A stretch of 46,054 bases of DNA from Escherichia phage vB_EcoS_ACG-M12. Numbering within the stretch: the stretch's first letter is position 1; every line of letters begins with the position of its first letter. The position numbers and the translations under genes are program-made. Shown here piece after piece: positions 1 to 7,749 of the stretch. Below the pieces are notes generated by a model that saw nothing but the letters and a program-made list of their open reading frames with translations, searched no databases and was not told the origin of the DNA. The stretch is from sequence record NC_019404.1; one strand, 5' to 3'.

Positions 1-138
1 TGAACTCTTTCTTTATATGCAAACTTGAAACAGGCGATTCTCATTTTTGTGTGATGCATTCGATTGAAAAAGTCAATAGATGAGAGAAAGAAAACGGGCA
101 ATTTACGCAACTTTTTGCAAATTAATCCTCGCCACAAG

Positions 139-400
139 GTTACATGTAACTTTAGTTATCGCGTGTAGATAATCTGCAATAGTTACGCATATAACGCCAA
201 ATCACGCGCTGGTTACAAATAAATCCCTTATATATAAACAACTTAGATTTATTATTATTATTATTATATATATGTAACTAATGTAACCATGTCATCGGGC
301 GCGTTGATTGAAAATCCTATATTGCGCGCGACTTTTATTTATATATTAGCGGAAGGTATAGCACCCCATTTAGGTCGGTTACAGCTGTCTACTCGGTTAC
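139..400. repeat. GTTAC/GTAAC iteron cluster with 12-bp perfect palindrome GTTACATGTAAC (139-150) and (ATT)5 run (251-265)
   Basis: GTTAC or GTAAC copies at about 139, 146, 182, 212, 274, 283, 378 and 396; AT-rich non-coding leader of the first + operon. Confidence 0.6.
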
Positions 401-478
401 ACTCGCAGGAATAAAGGTGTCAGCAAAATAATTTGTGTAAATTTTGAGTATAACGCTTGTCTACGCGTAATTGAGGTA

Positions 479-488
479 GTATAGTTAT
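479..488 (+). promoter_or_regulatory. -10-like box GTATAGTTAT upstream of gene 528
   Basis: Same TATAGTTA(C) box as in the repeated cassette, but without the upstream dyad box. Confidence 0.35.
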
Positions 489-527
489 CTCACACCAAAG
501 AGAGGTGTCATTGAAAGGGTTATTAAA

Positions 528-1025
528 ATGCAAAAAGTTAGTTTGGGTGAAGTTGTACGTTACATGGTCAAGAAAGCTATCAATTCTGAGAGTGGTGAGT
601 TTGTGATTCCGGTAAGCTATATAGCCGCTCAGGTTTATGGTGCTGACCCAATCGTCATTAGCAAGGAAGACATGGAAAAAGGTGGCGTGTATGACATGAC
701 AAAATTAAAGTCTTCATACGTAGCGAACACATCCAGCAGAATGCCTGAGGTCATTGAGCGAGATTTTAGAGCTAAGATATCTTTTGTTGAAGAGCTTTAT
801 GATGATTCCTATCAGGATTGCGCCAAAATCACAATGGTTAAGGGTGCGGTAAGAAAAGGTTCACGCAAGGCATCCGACCGAATGAAAGAACAAAAGATTA
901 TTGAAGGATTCAGGGAGAAATTACTATCAGTGATGCCTGACCTAAGCCACCTGGAAGGTAATGACATAATCATAGCAGTTAACGCAATCAAGGCAATGAA
1001 AGAAGTTATTAAGGAGATTAAATAA
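528..1025 (+). CDS. hypothetical early protein (165 aa)
   Basis: ATG with upstream AAAGGG; first gene of a tightly packed operon. Confidence 0.5.
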   Translation: MQKVSLGEVVRYMVKKAINSESGEFVIPVSYIAAQVYGADPIVISKEDMEKGGVYDMTKLKSSYVANTSSRMPEVIERDFRAKISFVEELYDDSYQDCAKITMVKGAVRKGSRKASDRMKEQKIIEGFREKLLSVMPDLSHLEGNDIIIAVNAIKAMKEVIKEIK

Positions 1026-1309
1026 TGATCGACTTCAACTTTGAAGTAACAAAACTGAGCCACGAAGAGATTGCTGAAATCGCAGAGAAGAATGGCAAGC
1101 CAGTTGAGTTAATCGCCGCGAATTATAACGGAATGCGCTGGGCTTTTGAGAATGGATGCGATAAGGATAAGCTAGCTGAAATCGCCAAGGAAAATATTGC
1201 TAGCAAGAAGAAGATCAAGCCGTGGTACGAGAAGCACACTCGCACTGAATGGGAGGAAGCTATGGAGTTGTGGCAGTTAATGAAGAAGCTAAACAAATTG
1301 GTAAAATAG
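1025..1309 (+). CDS. hypothetical protein (94 aa)
   Basis: ATG overlaps the upstream stop (TAATG); SD AAGGAG. Confidence 0.5.
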   Translation: MIDFNFEVTKLSHEEIAEIAEKNGKPVELIAANYNGMRWAFENGCDKDKLAEIAKENIASKKKIKPWYEKHTRTEWEEAMELWQLMKKLNKLVK

Positions 1310-1379
1310 CACTTTTTGTTAAAACTCCATGGAGGGAGTTTGGCATAATAGCTTCATTGAAATGAGAGAGGGATTCAAA
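1305..1379 (+). promoter_or_regulatory. conserved intergenic cassette (box variant AATAGCACTTTTTGTTAAA; -10-like CATAAT)
   Basis: Box starts at 1305 and spans the stop of gene 1025..1309; leader CATTGAAATGAG precedes the ATG at 1380. Confidence 0.5.
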
Positions 1380-1460
1380 ATGTACTACGACGTTATCGCT
1401 GTTTGCCTGGTTGCCATTGTTGCTATTGTTGCAATTGTTAAGATTACGGAGAAGAAGTAA
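1380..1460 (+). CDS. tiny hydrophobic peptide (26 aa, MYYDVIAVCLVAIVAIVAIVKITEKK)
   Basis: ATG preceded by GAGAGGG; single predicted transmembrane helix; below the track length cutoff. Confidence 0.35.
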   Translation: MYYDVIAVCLVAIVAIVAIVKITEKK

Positions 1461-1588
1461 TGCATACCATACAGATTAACGATTTAATTAGCGATGCCTT
1501 ACCATGGATAATCTGGTCCCTTGGATTTATGATTGTGTATATTATTGCATCCTTCGCGGATGATGCTAAAGAGGAAATTAAAGAATGA
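1460..1588 (+). CDS. small membrane protein (42 aa)
   Basis: TAATG overlap with the previous ORF; hydrophobic core WIIWSLGFMIVYIIASF; stop overlaps the next start (ATGA). Confidence 0.35.
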   Translation: MHTIQINDLISDALPWIIWSLGFMIVYIIASFADDAKEEIKE

Positions 1589-1815
1589 TTACTATCAACC
1601 TTTCAGATAAACAAGCTGCCGAGCTTAAAGAGGCGATGTCTATAAAGAAAATTCGATACGGCCAGTTTGAACGGGCAGGAGTTATGAGGGAAGTGATTAA
1701 ACAGATCAACAACCAGCAGTTCGACGTAAGTGACTTCGAGAGCTCTCGACAATACGAGGCGCTAAGCGTTAATGCTGCGTACCTGAATAGCTGGGATAAG
1801 GCGACTAAGAAATGA
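1585..1815 (+). CDS. hypothetical protein (76 aa)
   Basis: ATG, overlap-coupled to neighbours. Confidence 0.5.
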   Translation: MITINLSDKQAAELKEAMSIKKIRYGQFERAGVMREVIKQINNQQFDVSDFESSRQYEALSVNAAYLNSWDKATKK

Positions 1816-1985
1816 ATCTTGACAAAGAGGTATTAAGAGATAATTTCATAGCTCACGGAATTGATGATGAAGATTTCCTAAATTGGTTCCTTGATAAAAA
1901 AGCCGATGAGCTTGGTTTGTACTGGTTCTCAACTGGTGCGACAATGTACGAGGCATGGGTGGCAGCAATGGAGACTAATAAATGA
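1812..1985 (+). CDS. hypothetical protein (57 aa)
   Basis: ATG overlapping the upstream stop; uninterrupted frame to TGA; below the track cutoff. Confidence 0.4.
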   Translation: MNLDKEVLRDNFIAHGIDDEDFLNWFLDKKADELGLYWFSTGATMYEAWVAAMETNK

Positions 1986-2116
1986 TTTACATCCATACGT
2001 ACTATACAGGCAAGTTTAATAGCGTTAAGCATGTTCACGTGCACGATAGCTACGATAGCGCAAAGGCGCAATGGCTTGTTCTAGGTGGTGACATTAATTC
2101 ATATAGAATCGCTTAA
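1982..2116 (+). CDS. hypothetical protein (44 aa)
   Basis: ATGA overlap with the previous ORF; stop TAA directly followed by the dyad box. Confidence 0.35.
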   Translation: MIYIHTYYTGKFNSVKHVHVHDSYDSAKAQWLVLGGDINSYRIA

Positions 2117-2190
2117 TAGCACGAATTGCTAAAACTGTATTGTGGTAATTTGATATAGTTACCCTATCAACAACGAGATGGAGCATAGAG
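2115..2190 (+). promoter_or_regulatory. conserved intergenic cassette (AATAGCACGAATTGCTAAA ... TATAGTTAC ... CAACAACGAG)
   Basis: Box at 2115-2133, TATAGTTAC at 2154-2162, gene ATG at 2191. Confidence 0.55.
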
Positions 2191-2400
2191 ATGAAAGTAA
2201 AAATTATTGATGATGATTGCACTGGATTACAGGAGTTAACGCTTACAGAATGCGGCTTTCAGATTGGTGACGTGGTAGAAGTTTACGGCAAGTACAAAGA
2301 CGGAGGCCTGTCAGTTAAGGTTATTCGTAATACTGAGTTTGTTTCAGTCGGAAATGAGATTAGCTTACAGGAAGGCGAATACGAGGTGATTGAAGAATGA
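2191..2400 (+). CDS. hypothetical protein (69 aa)
   Basis: ATG with GGAG upstream. Confidence 0.5.
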   Translation: MKVKIIDDDCTGLQELTLTECGFQIGDVVEVYGKYKDGGLSVKVIRNTEFVSVGNEISLQEGEYEVIEE

Positions 2401-2576
2401 AATTTCATCAGAGCAACCCAAAGCTACAGGCCAACCACCTCGACGGCTACGCAACTTTCATTATTGCTCAGGCTTGCGGAATGCGTGAAGACCCACAAGT
2501 TCACACCATCCACATGACTGAAGAGCAAGCTCGAGAATTGGCTTACGAAATTCTTGAGCAATTGAATCGAATTTAA
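2397..2576 (+). CDS. hypothetical protein (59 aa)
   Basis: ATGA overlap with the upstream gene; open frame to TAA. Confidence 0.4.
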   Translation: MKFHQSNPKLQANHLDGYATFIIAQACGMREDPQVHTIHMTEEQARELAYEILEQLNRI

Positions 2577-2625
2577 CGCGCATAGGACGCATTTTAACGG
2601 ACTATAATTTAAGGAATACGATTAG

Positions 2626-2763
2626 ATGGACAACTACGAATTACCAAGCCAGTGGGCCAAAAGGATGATGTATGAAGCTAAGGACGGCAACGAGTCTATG
2701 GCATACTTTGAGCTTATGAACCTATGGAAAGAGCGAGAAGATAAAAATAGCACGAATAGCTAA
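2626..2763 (+). CDS. hypothetical protein (45 aa) ending ...NSTNS
   Basis: ATG with SD AAGGAA; C-terminus is encoded by the dyad box itself (AAT AGC ACG AAT AGC TAA). Confidence 0.4.
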   Translation: MDNYELPSQWAKRMMYEAKDGNESMAYFELMNLWKEREDKNSTNS

Positions 2764-2823
2764 ACGCAGTCGCCACGGATGGCATATAATTACTTTACCA
2801 ACACAACGAAGAGAGATATAAGA
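2746..2823 (+). promoter_or_regulatory. conserved intergenic cassette (box inside the 3' end of gene 2626..2763; -10 TATAAT at 2785-2790)
   Basis: AATAGCACGAATAGCTAAA followed by GGCATATAATTAC and a leader before the ATG at 2824. Confidence 0.5.
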
Positions 2824-2970
2824 ATGAAAAATGTATTTGGCATCAGCTATGAAGAAGAGTTTGTTGATTGCCTTATTTACCTGAATGAGATCTACGGAGA
2901 TGAGTTTGAATGTGATGGTGATTCACTTCATGCAAAAATAGAACTTGAAACATTTGTGGAGGTTGTTTAA
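2824..2970 (+). CDS. hypothetical protein (48 aa)
   Basis: Track ORF 2779..2970 trimmed to the in-frame ATG at 2824, because 2779 lies inside the promoter -10 box. Confidence 0.4.
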   Translation: MKNVFGISYEEEFVDCLIYLNEIYGDEFECDGDSLHAKIELETFVEVV

Positions 2971-3212
2971 TGATGTTTGGATTATCAGAAGCACACTTCA
3001 ACGCAGTTAAACGCCAGGCAGCAAAGTTGAACGAAGAGTACAGCAAGTTATCGCCAAAACAGCGCAAGGACGATAAGCAGGTTGCGGCATTGATTTCTAA
3101 GATGTGGGAACCAGTGTTCACAATCATTAGTCGAGATAGATTTGTCTGGACTAGTGGATATCTTAAGGGTCGCGTTGGTCATGACGAGAATGGTCAATCG
3201 TTGTACGAATAG
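2970..3212 (+). CDS. hypothetical protein (80 aa)
   Basis: ATG overlapping the upstream stop. Confidence 0.5.
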   Translation: MMFGLSEAHFNAVKRQAAKLNEEYSKLSPKQRKDDKQVAALISKMWEPVFTIISRDRFVWTSGYLKGRVGHDENGQSLYE

Positions 3213-3486
3213 ATTGGATTGTTAAAAAAGAGCTTGCATCACTGAGTGGAAGTATATAATATTAATCACGTAGACAGGCGAGGCCACTAAGTGGCAACGG
3301 CGCACGGAGCGCAACTACTAAGTCCGTTGCTCATTAAGTAGCGTATGCGGCACACTTCCCAGTATGGGCTTTATCCCATTAGGGACTTGTAAGACCTAGA
3401 GCAAATAGGCAATCAAATCGGTCGTAACAGGCGACGCTGGATCCGTAACCAGCAATCTTCATCTAGCAAGTCTAGCTAAAGATTAT

Positions 3487-3561
3487 GCTCTGTTAGCTTA
3501 ATGGAAAAAGCCGCAGCCTTCTAAGCTGTTGATGGTGGTTCGACTCCACCACGGGGCGCCA
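3487..3561 (+). tRNA. tRNA-Arg(UCU)-like, 75 nt with encoded CCA
   Basis: Hand-folded cloverleaf: acceptor GCTCTGT/ACGGGGC (two G-U pairs), D-stem GCTT/AAGC with GG in the loop, anticodon stem GCAGC/GCTGT with loop CTTCTAA, T-arm GGTGG-TTCGACT-CCACC, discriminator G, CCA. Confidence 0.6.
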
Positions 3562-3580
3562 AATTCAAGGAGTCCTATCA

Positions 3581-3763
3581 ATGTGGGATGTTAAGTTATC
3601 TATCAGATTAATGGGTCGCAGTTGCAAGAATTGCACTCAAGAGTACATCGCGTCAGTTGCCGCAATCAGCGCTGAGGATGCGGTAGCGAAAGTAAAGGAT
3701 ATGTCGGGCGCTGACCCTGACACCCATAAATTCCTAGTAGCTTACATTCGTGAGCGAAAGTAA
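3581..3763 (+). CDS. hypothetical protein (60 aa)
   Basis: ATG with SD AAGGAG; followed by a terminator. Confidence 0.45.
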   Translation: MWDVKLSIRLMGRSCKNCTQEYIASVAAISAEDAVAKVKDMSGADPDTHKFLVAYIRERK

Positions 3764-3809
3764 AAAGTGTTATACCCTCGTTTAATTTTCATCTCTCTCT
3801 CGTTGTTTT

Positions 3810-3834
3810 AGCCCTCGCTTGAGGGCTTTTTTTC
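3810..3834 (+). terminator. rho-independent terminator
   Basis: Hairpin AGCCCTC-gctt-GAGGGCT followed by a T7 run. Confidence 0.7.
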
Positions 3835-3844
3835 GTCTGTAATA

Positions 3845-3853
3845 TGCTATAAT
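3845..3853 (+). promoter_or_regulatory. extended -10-like element TGCTATAAT upstream of terS
   Basis: TGn-TATAAT about 24 bp upstream of the ATG at 3877; no dyad box. Confidence 0.4.
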
Positions 3854-3876
3854 CTAGCCTCAACAAAGGAGGATTT

Positions 3877-4383
3877 ATGAGTAAAGCAGCATTAAAGCTA
3901 GGTGGAGGAAACTTTAAGACCCTATACAACAAGAAGTACGGCGACATTGCCATGGTGGCAGTTAACCGAAAGTACACGCCGGAAGAGGTGTTTGATTTCG
4001 CTGTGAGATACTTCACTTGGGCTGAAGGTGAGGCAATAAAAGCAATTGAAACCGCAGCATTCCAGGGAGTTGTTAGTGAAAACCTTATCCATAAACCGAG
4101 AGTCTTCACCTTAACTGGTCTAGCTTTGTTTATTGGCGTTAAGATCGGTAGCTTTGCTCGCTGGCGTTCAGAGCCTGGGTACTCTGACGTGATGGAGTTT
4201 ATTGATAACGTAATCTATGAGCAGAAATATCAGCTTGGCGTTGCAGGTATTATCAACTCTACCATCGTTGGTAAGGAGTTAGGCATTGATAAGCCGCAGG
4301 AAATTACCATTAGCAACAACTCAACAGCTAACGACGTTGATAGCATGAAGGAAGCGCTGGAATCCGTGATTAGTAAGCTATAA
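3877..4383 (+). CDS. terminase small subunit (168 aa)
   Basis: Immediately upstream of the large terminase; SD AAAGGAGG; small oligomeric-type protein with a TLTGLALFIGV-like segment. Confidence 0.6.
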   Translation: MSKAALKLGGGNFKTLYNKKYGDIAMVAVNRKYTPEEVFDFAVRYFTWAEGEAIKAIETAAFQGVVSENLIHKPRVFTLTGLALFIGVKIGSFARWRSEPGYSDVMEFIDNVIYEQKYQLGVAGIINSTIVGKELGIDKPQEITISNNSTANDVDSMKEALESVISKL

Positions 4384-4400
4384 CAATACGAGGGTATAAC

Positions 4401-5969
4401 ATGTCTTTAGTATGGGAAGAGATGACCATTCAGGAAAAGATGGCTGTCAAGGCGATATCAGAGCATAGTTTTGAGGGCTTTTTAAGGTGTTGGTTTTCAA
4501 TAACACAAGGCGAGCGATACATCCCTAACTGGCATCACAAGTATCTTTGCCGAATTATCGACGAGATTATTGCCGGGGAGCGCAAGGACACTATCATCAA
4601 CATAGCGCCCGGTAGCGGTAAGACAGAGATCGCTTCAATCCATTTCCCAGCCTACTCAATGGTTAAGCTGAAGAAGGTGCGAAACCTCAATATATCTTTT
4701 GCCGACTCACTGGTAAAGCGCAACTCCAAGCGCGTGCGTGACCTTATCAAGTCACCAGAATTTCAGTCGCTTTGGCCTTGCAAGTTTGGCACGTGCAAGG
4801 ACGATGAGCTTCAGGTTCTTGATGAGAGCGGGAAGGTTAGGTTTGAGTCAATATCAAAGGCGGCGGGAGGTCAGATTACTGGCGCTCGTGGTGGCTATAT
4901 AACCGAAACATATAGCGGGGCCGTCTTATTAGATGATTTTGACAAGCCCGCAGATATGCTATCAGCAGTCTACCGAGCAAATAACCATGTAATGCTAAAA
5001 AACACAATTCGCTCCCGTCGTGCGAGTTCTGTAAAGGGAAAGGCAACGCCAATCATTTCGATACAGCAGCGATTGCACGTTAATGACTCAACCTGGTTCA
5101 TGATGGAAGGTGGGATGGGTATCGAATTCGATTTGATTAAGATACCAGCGTTGGTAACTGAGGATTACCTAGACACACTACCTGAATGGATTAAAGAACA
5201 GTTTGAAGAGGATGTCCTTAGTAGTGAATACATAGAGCGCGATGGAGTAAGGTATTACAGCTACTTCCCTAAAAAGGAGTCAGTCAATGACTTGGTTGCG
5301 ATGTGGGATAGTGACCCTTACACCTTCCTTAGTCAGTATCAACAAGAACCAGTAGCTCTAGGTGGCAACCTTATTAACGTAGATTGGTTCCAGCGCCTTA
5401 GCGACACGTTCAGACCTCCCGCTAAGTACGATTATAGATTTATAACTTGCGATACAGCTATGACTACAAAAAGTTATAGTGACTTCTCTGTCCTTCAATT
5501 GTGGGGTTATAAAGATGCTAAGATTTACCTTATTGACCAGCGCAGGGGGAAATGGGAAGCGCCCGAGTTAGAGGCAGAGTTAATCGATTTCGAGAAGAAA
5601 TCAAGGGCAACCAGTCAATCGGATGGTATCCTCCGAAAGATTATCATCGAGAAGAAAGCATCTGGAATCGGACTCATTCAATCAGCAAGTCGAGTCATGA
5701 GAACGCCAGTGGAACCTTATGTTCCTGATAATGACAAGTTAACAAGGGTGATGAGTGCGCTGCCACAGATTAAGGCTGGTAACGTAGTTCTTCCTGAGTC
5801 TGCGCCGTGGTTAAGCGGATTGCTTACTGAGATTGCGGCATTTACCGCTGACGACAGCCACAATCACGACGACCAAATTGATACCATGACAATGGCTATC
5901 AACCTGGTTCTGAACATTGCGGATGACCCTAAGGCGAGACTAATGCGCATAGCGGGAATAATAAAATAG
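4401..5969 (+). CDS. terminase large subunit (522 aa)
   Basis: Walker A IAPGSGKTEIAS in the N-terminal ATPase; size and position; acidic C-terminal nuclease-like region. Confidence 0.85.
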   Translation: MSLVWEEMTIQEKMAVKAISEHSFEGFLRCWFSITQGERYIPNWHHKYLCRIIDEIIAGERKDTIINIAPGSGKTEIASIHFPAYSMVKLKKVRNLNISFADSLVKRNSKRVRDLIKSPEFQSLWPCKFGTCKDDELQVLDESGKVRFESISKAAGGQITGARGGYITETYSGAVLLDDFDKPADMLSAVYRANNHVMLKNTIRSRRASSVKGKATPIISIQQRLHVNDSTWFMMEGGMGIEFDLIKIPALVTEDYLDTLPEWIKEQFEEDVLSSEYIERDGVRYYSYFPKKESVNDLVAMWDSDPYTFLSQYQQEPVALGGNLINVDWFQRLSDTFRPPAKYDYRFITCDTAMTTKSYSDFSVLQLWGYKDAKIYLIDQRRGKWEAPELEAELIDFEKKSRATSQSDGILRKIIIEKKASGIGLIQSASRVMRTPVEPYVPDNDKLTRVMSALPQIKAGNVVLPESAPWLSGLLTEIAAFTADDSHNHDDQIDTMTMAINLVLNIADDPKARLMRIAGIIK

Positions 5970-6038
5970 CACTAATTGCTAAACATTAATGCCATGGATG
6001 GTGTATAGTTACCTCACACAAGCGAAGGGAGATAAAAG
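5965..6038 (+). promoter_or_regulatory. conserved intergenic cassette (box overlaps the terL stop TAG; TATAGTTAC at 6004-6012)
   Basis: AATAGCACTAATTGCTAAA ... GTGTATAGTTACC ... AGCGAAGGGAG. Confidence 0.55.
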
Positions 6039-6347
6039 ATGAAAGCAGTATTTAAAGGTTACAAGAAAAATGGTTATCTTAATTTTACTTTTGGTAAAAT
6101 TTATGAGCTATCAACGGCAACTGAGGCTTTCGGATTCTTAAAAGTGACTGATGACGATGGATTTAATGGAGTAATTATCCCAGGTGACACCTATGATTTC
6201 GAGGTGCTGATTCCGGATGAATTTATCAATAAAAAAAGCAATTTAAATATTACATTAATGGCGAAGTGGTTACTAAGACAAAGTTCGACGATACGCTATT
6301 GTGTGTTAAGGACTTTGAAAGAGATGGCATTGATACATCATCAATAA
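6039..6347 (+). CDS. hypothetical moron-like protein (102 aa) between terL and portal
   Basis: Own cassette upstream and terminator downstream; N-terminus FKGYKKNGY resembles gene 18912. Confidence 0.5.
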   Translation: MKAVFKGYKKNGYLNFTFGKIYELSTATEAFGFLKVTDDDGFNGVIIPGDTYDFEVLIPDEFINKKSNLNITLMAKWLLRQSSTIRYCVLRTLKEMALIHHQ

Positions 6348-6391
6348 AGTTCGAGGTAAAATTCGAGTAACCACAAAAGCTATGATAAACT

Positions 6392-6413
6392 AGCCCCTAC
6401 ATGGGGCTTTTTT
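6392..6413 (+). terminator. rho-independent terminator
   Basis: AGCCCC-tacat-GGGGCT followed by a T6 run. Confidence 0.65.
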
Positions 6414-6427
6414 ATTGGAGAAATGCA

Positions 6428-7684
6428 ATGGTAAAAACAGACAGCTACGCCAATATCTTTCTTGGCGGCAGTGACGGTAGTGAGATTTACGGAAGTTTAC
6501 AGAATCAGGCGCCTACAATTCTGGCTTCGCTTTATGCGGATAATGCACTTGTGCGTCGAATTATTGACACAATCCCAGAAACAGCATTGGCAGCAGGGTT
6601 CCATATTGATGGTATTGATGACGAACCTGCGTTCTGGTCGCGCTGGGATGATCTTGAGATGACGCAGAATATCAACGATGCCTGGTCATGGGCTCGGTTG
6701 TTCGGTGGTGCGGCAATTGTCGCTATCGTTAAGGACAATAGAGCGCTAACAAGTCCAGTCAGAGAGGGTGCTGAACTTGAAACGGTTCGTGTTTACGACC
6801 GCACGCAAGTGAAAGTGCAAAATCGCGAAGAGAATCCACGTAACGCACGCTTTGGTAAGCCTCTGACGTATCGCATCACCACTAACGAAAGCGATATGTT
6901 CTACGACGTGCACTACAGTCGCATTCACATTATCGATGGCGAGCGTGTACCTAACGCAATGCGTAGACAAAATGATGGCTGGGGTCGCAGTGTCCTTTCC
7001 AGTGACATTCTCGACTCAATCAAGGATTACACCAACTGCGAGCGACTCGCCACGCAATTACTTAGACGTAAACAGCAGGCTGTATGGAAAGCGAAAGGCC
7101 TGGCTGAGTTGTGTGATGATAGCGAAGGTTTTGGCGCTGCAAGATTGCGACTGGCGCAGGTTGATAACAACAGTGGCGTAGGTCAGGCGATTGGTATTGA
7201 TGCCGAATCTGAAGAGTATAGCGTTCTAAACTCTGACATTGGTGGGATTGATGCGTTCCTGGACAAGAAGTTTGACAGAATCGTAGCACTGAGCGGTATC
7301 CATGAAATCATCCTCAAGAACAAGAACGTTGGTGGCTTATCATCCAGTCAGAATACGGCGCTTGAGACATTCCACAAGCTGATTGACCGTAAGCGCAACG
7401 CTGAACTACTGCCCATTCTTGAGTTCTTAATACCGTTCATCGTAAACGCAGAAGAATGGTCAGTTGAGTTTAGCCCTCTAGACCATGAGTCAAGCAAGGA
7501 TAAAGCGGAGGTTCTGGAGAAGAGCGTAAACAGCATCGCAGCACTAATTGCAGCCGGAGCTATGGATATCAAAGAGGCACGCGATACACTACGCACTATC
7601 GCACCAGAGATTAAGATTGGTGATAATGATATTCAGACCGAGGAATCGGAGTTAATTACAGAGACGGAGGTTGTAATTGCGTAA
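6428..7684 (+). CDS. portal protein (418 aa)
   Basis: Position after the terminase; size; acidic C-terminus; start moved to the in-frame ATG 8 nt after GGAG because the track start lies in the terminator. Confidence 0.6.
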   Translation: MVKTDSYANIFLGGSDGSEIYGSLQNQAPTILASLYADNALVRRIIDTIPETALAAGFHIDGIDDEPAFWSRWDDLEMTQNINDAWSWARLFGGAAIVAIVKDNRALTSPVREGAELETVRVYDRTQVKVQNREENPRNARFGKPLTYRITTNESDMFYDVHYSRIHIIDGERVPNAMRRQNDGWGRSVLSSDILDSIKDYTNCERLATQLLRRKQQAVWKAKGLAELCDDSEGFGAARLRLAQVDNNSGVGQAIGIDAESEEYSVLNSDIGGIDAFLDKKFDRIVALSGIHEIILKNKNVGGLSSSQNTALETFHKLIDRKRNAELLPILEFLIPFIVNAEEWSVEFSPLDHESSKDKAEVLEKSVNSIAALIAAGAMDIKEARDTLRTIAPEIKIGDNDIQTEESELITETEVVIA

Positions 7685-7749
7685 ATTAACTGGTTTCGGT
7701 GAGGGGTAATGAAAAATGAATTTGATGGCTTTTAGTGAGGAGAATTGTG

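Noticed and set aside
2115-2190. Dyad box TTGCTA as a sigma-70 -35 element, or as a T4 MotA-type box
   Set aside because: The distance from TTGCTA to the -10-like TATAGT is consistently 21-22 bp, too long for sigma-70 (17 +/- 1) and for MotA boxes (about 12-13 bp), so the element is left as a distinct unclassified class
2779-2823. Longer N-terminus for gene 2824..2970 starting at 2779
   Set aside because: The upstream ATG lies within the TATAAT -10 box of the cassette; the ATG at 2824 has a proper spacing to an AG-rich Shine-Dalgarno-like stretch
3213-3486. A second tRNA upstream of the tRNA-Arg-like gene
   Set aside because: Hairpins are present but no acceptor/T-arm combination could be folded by hand; left as unexplained structured non-coding DNA
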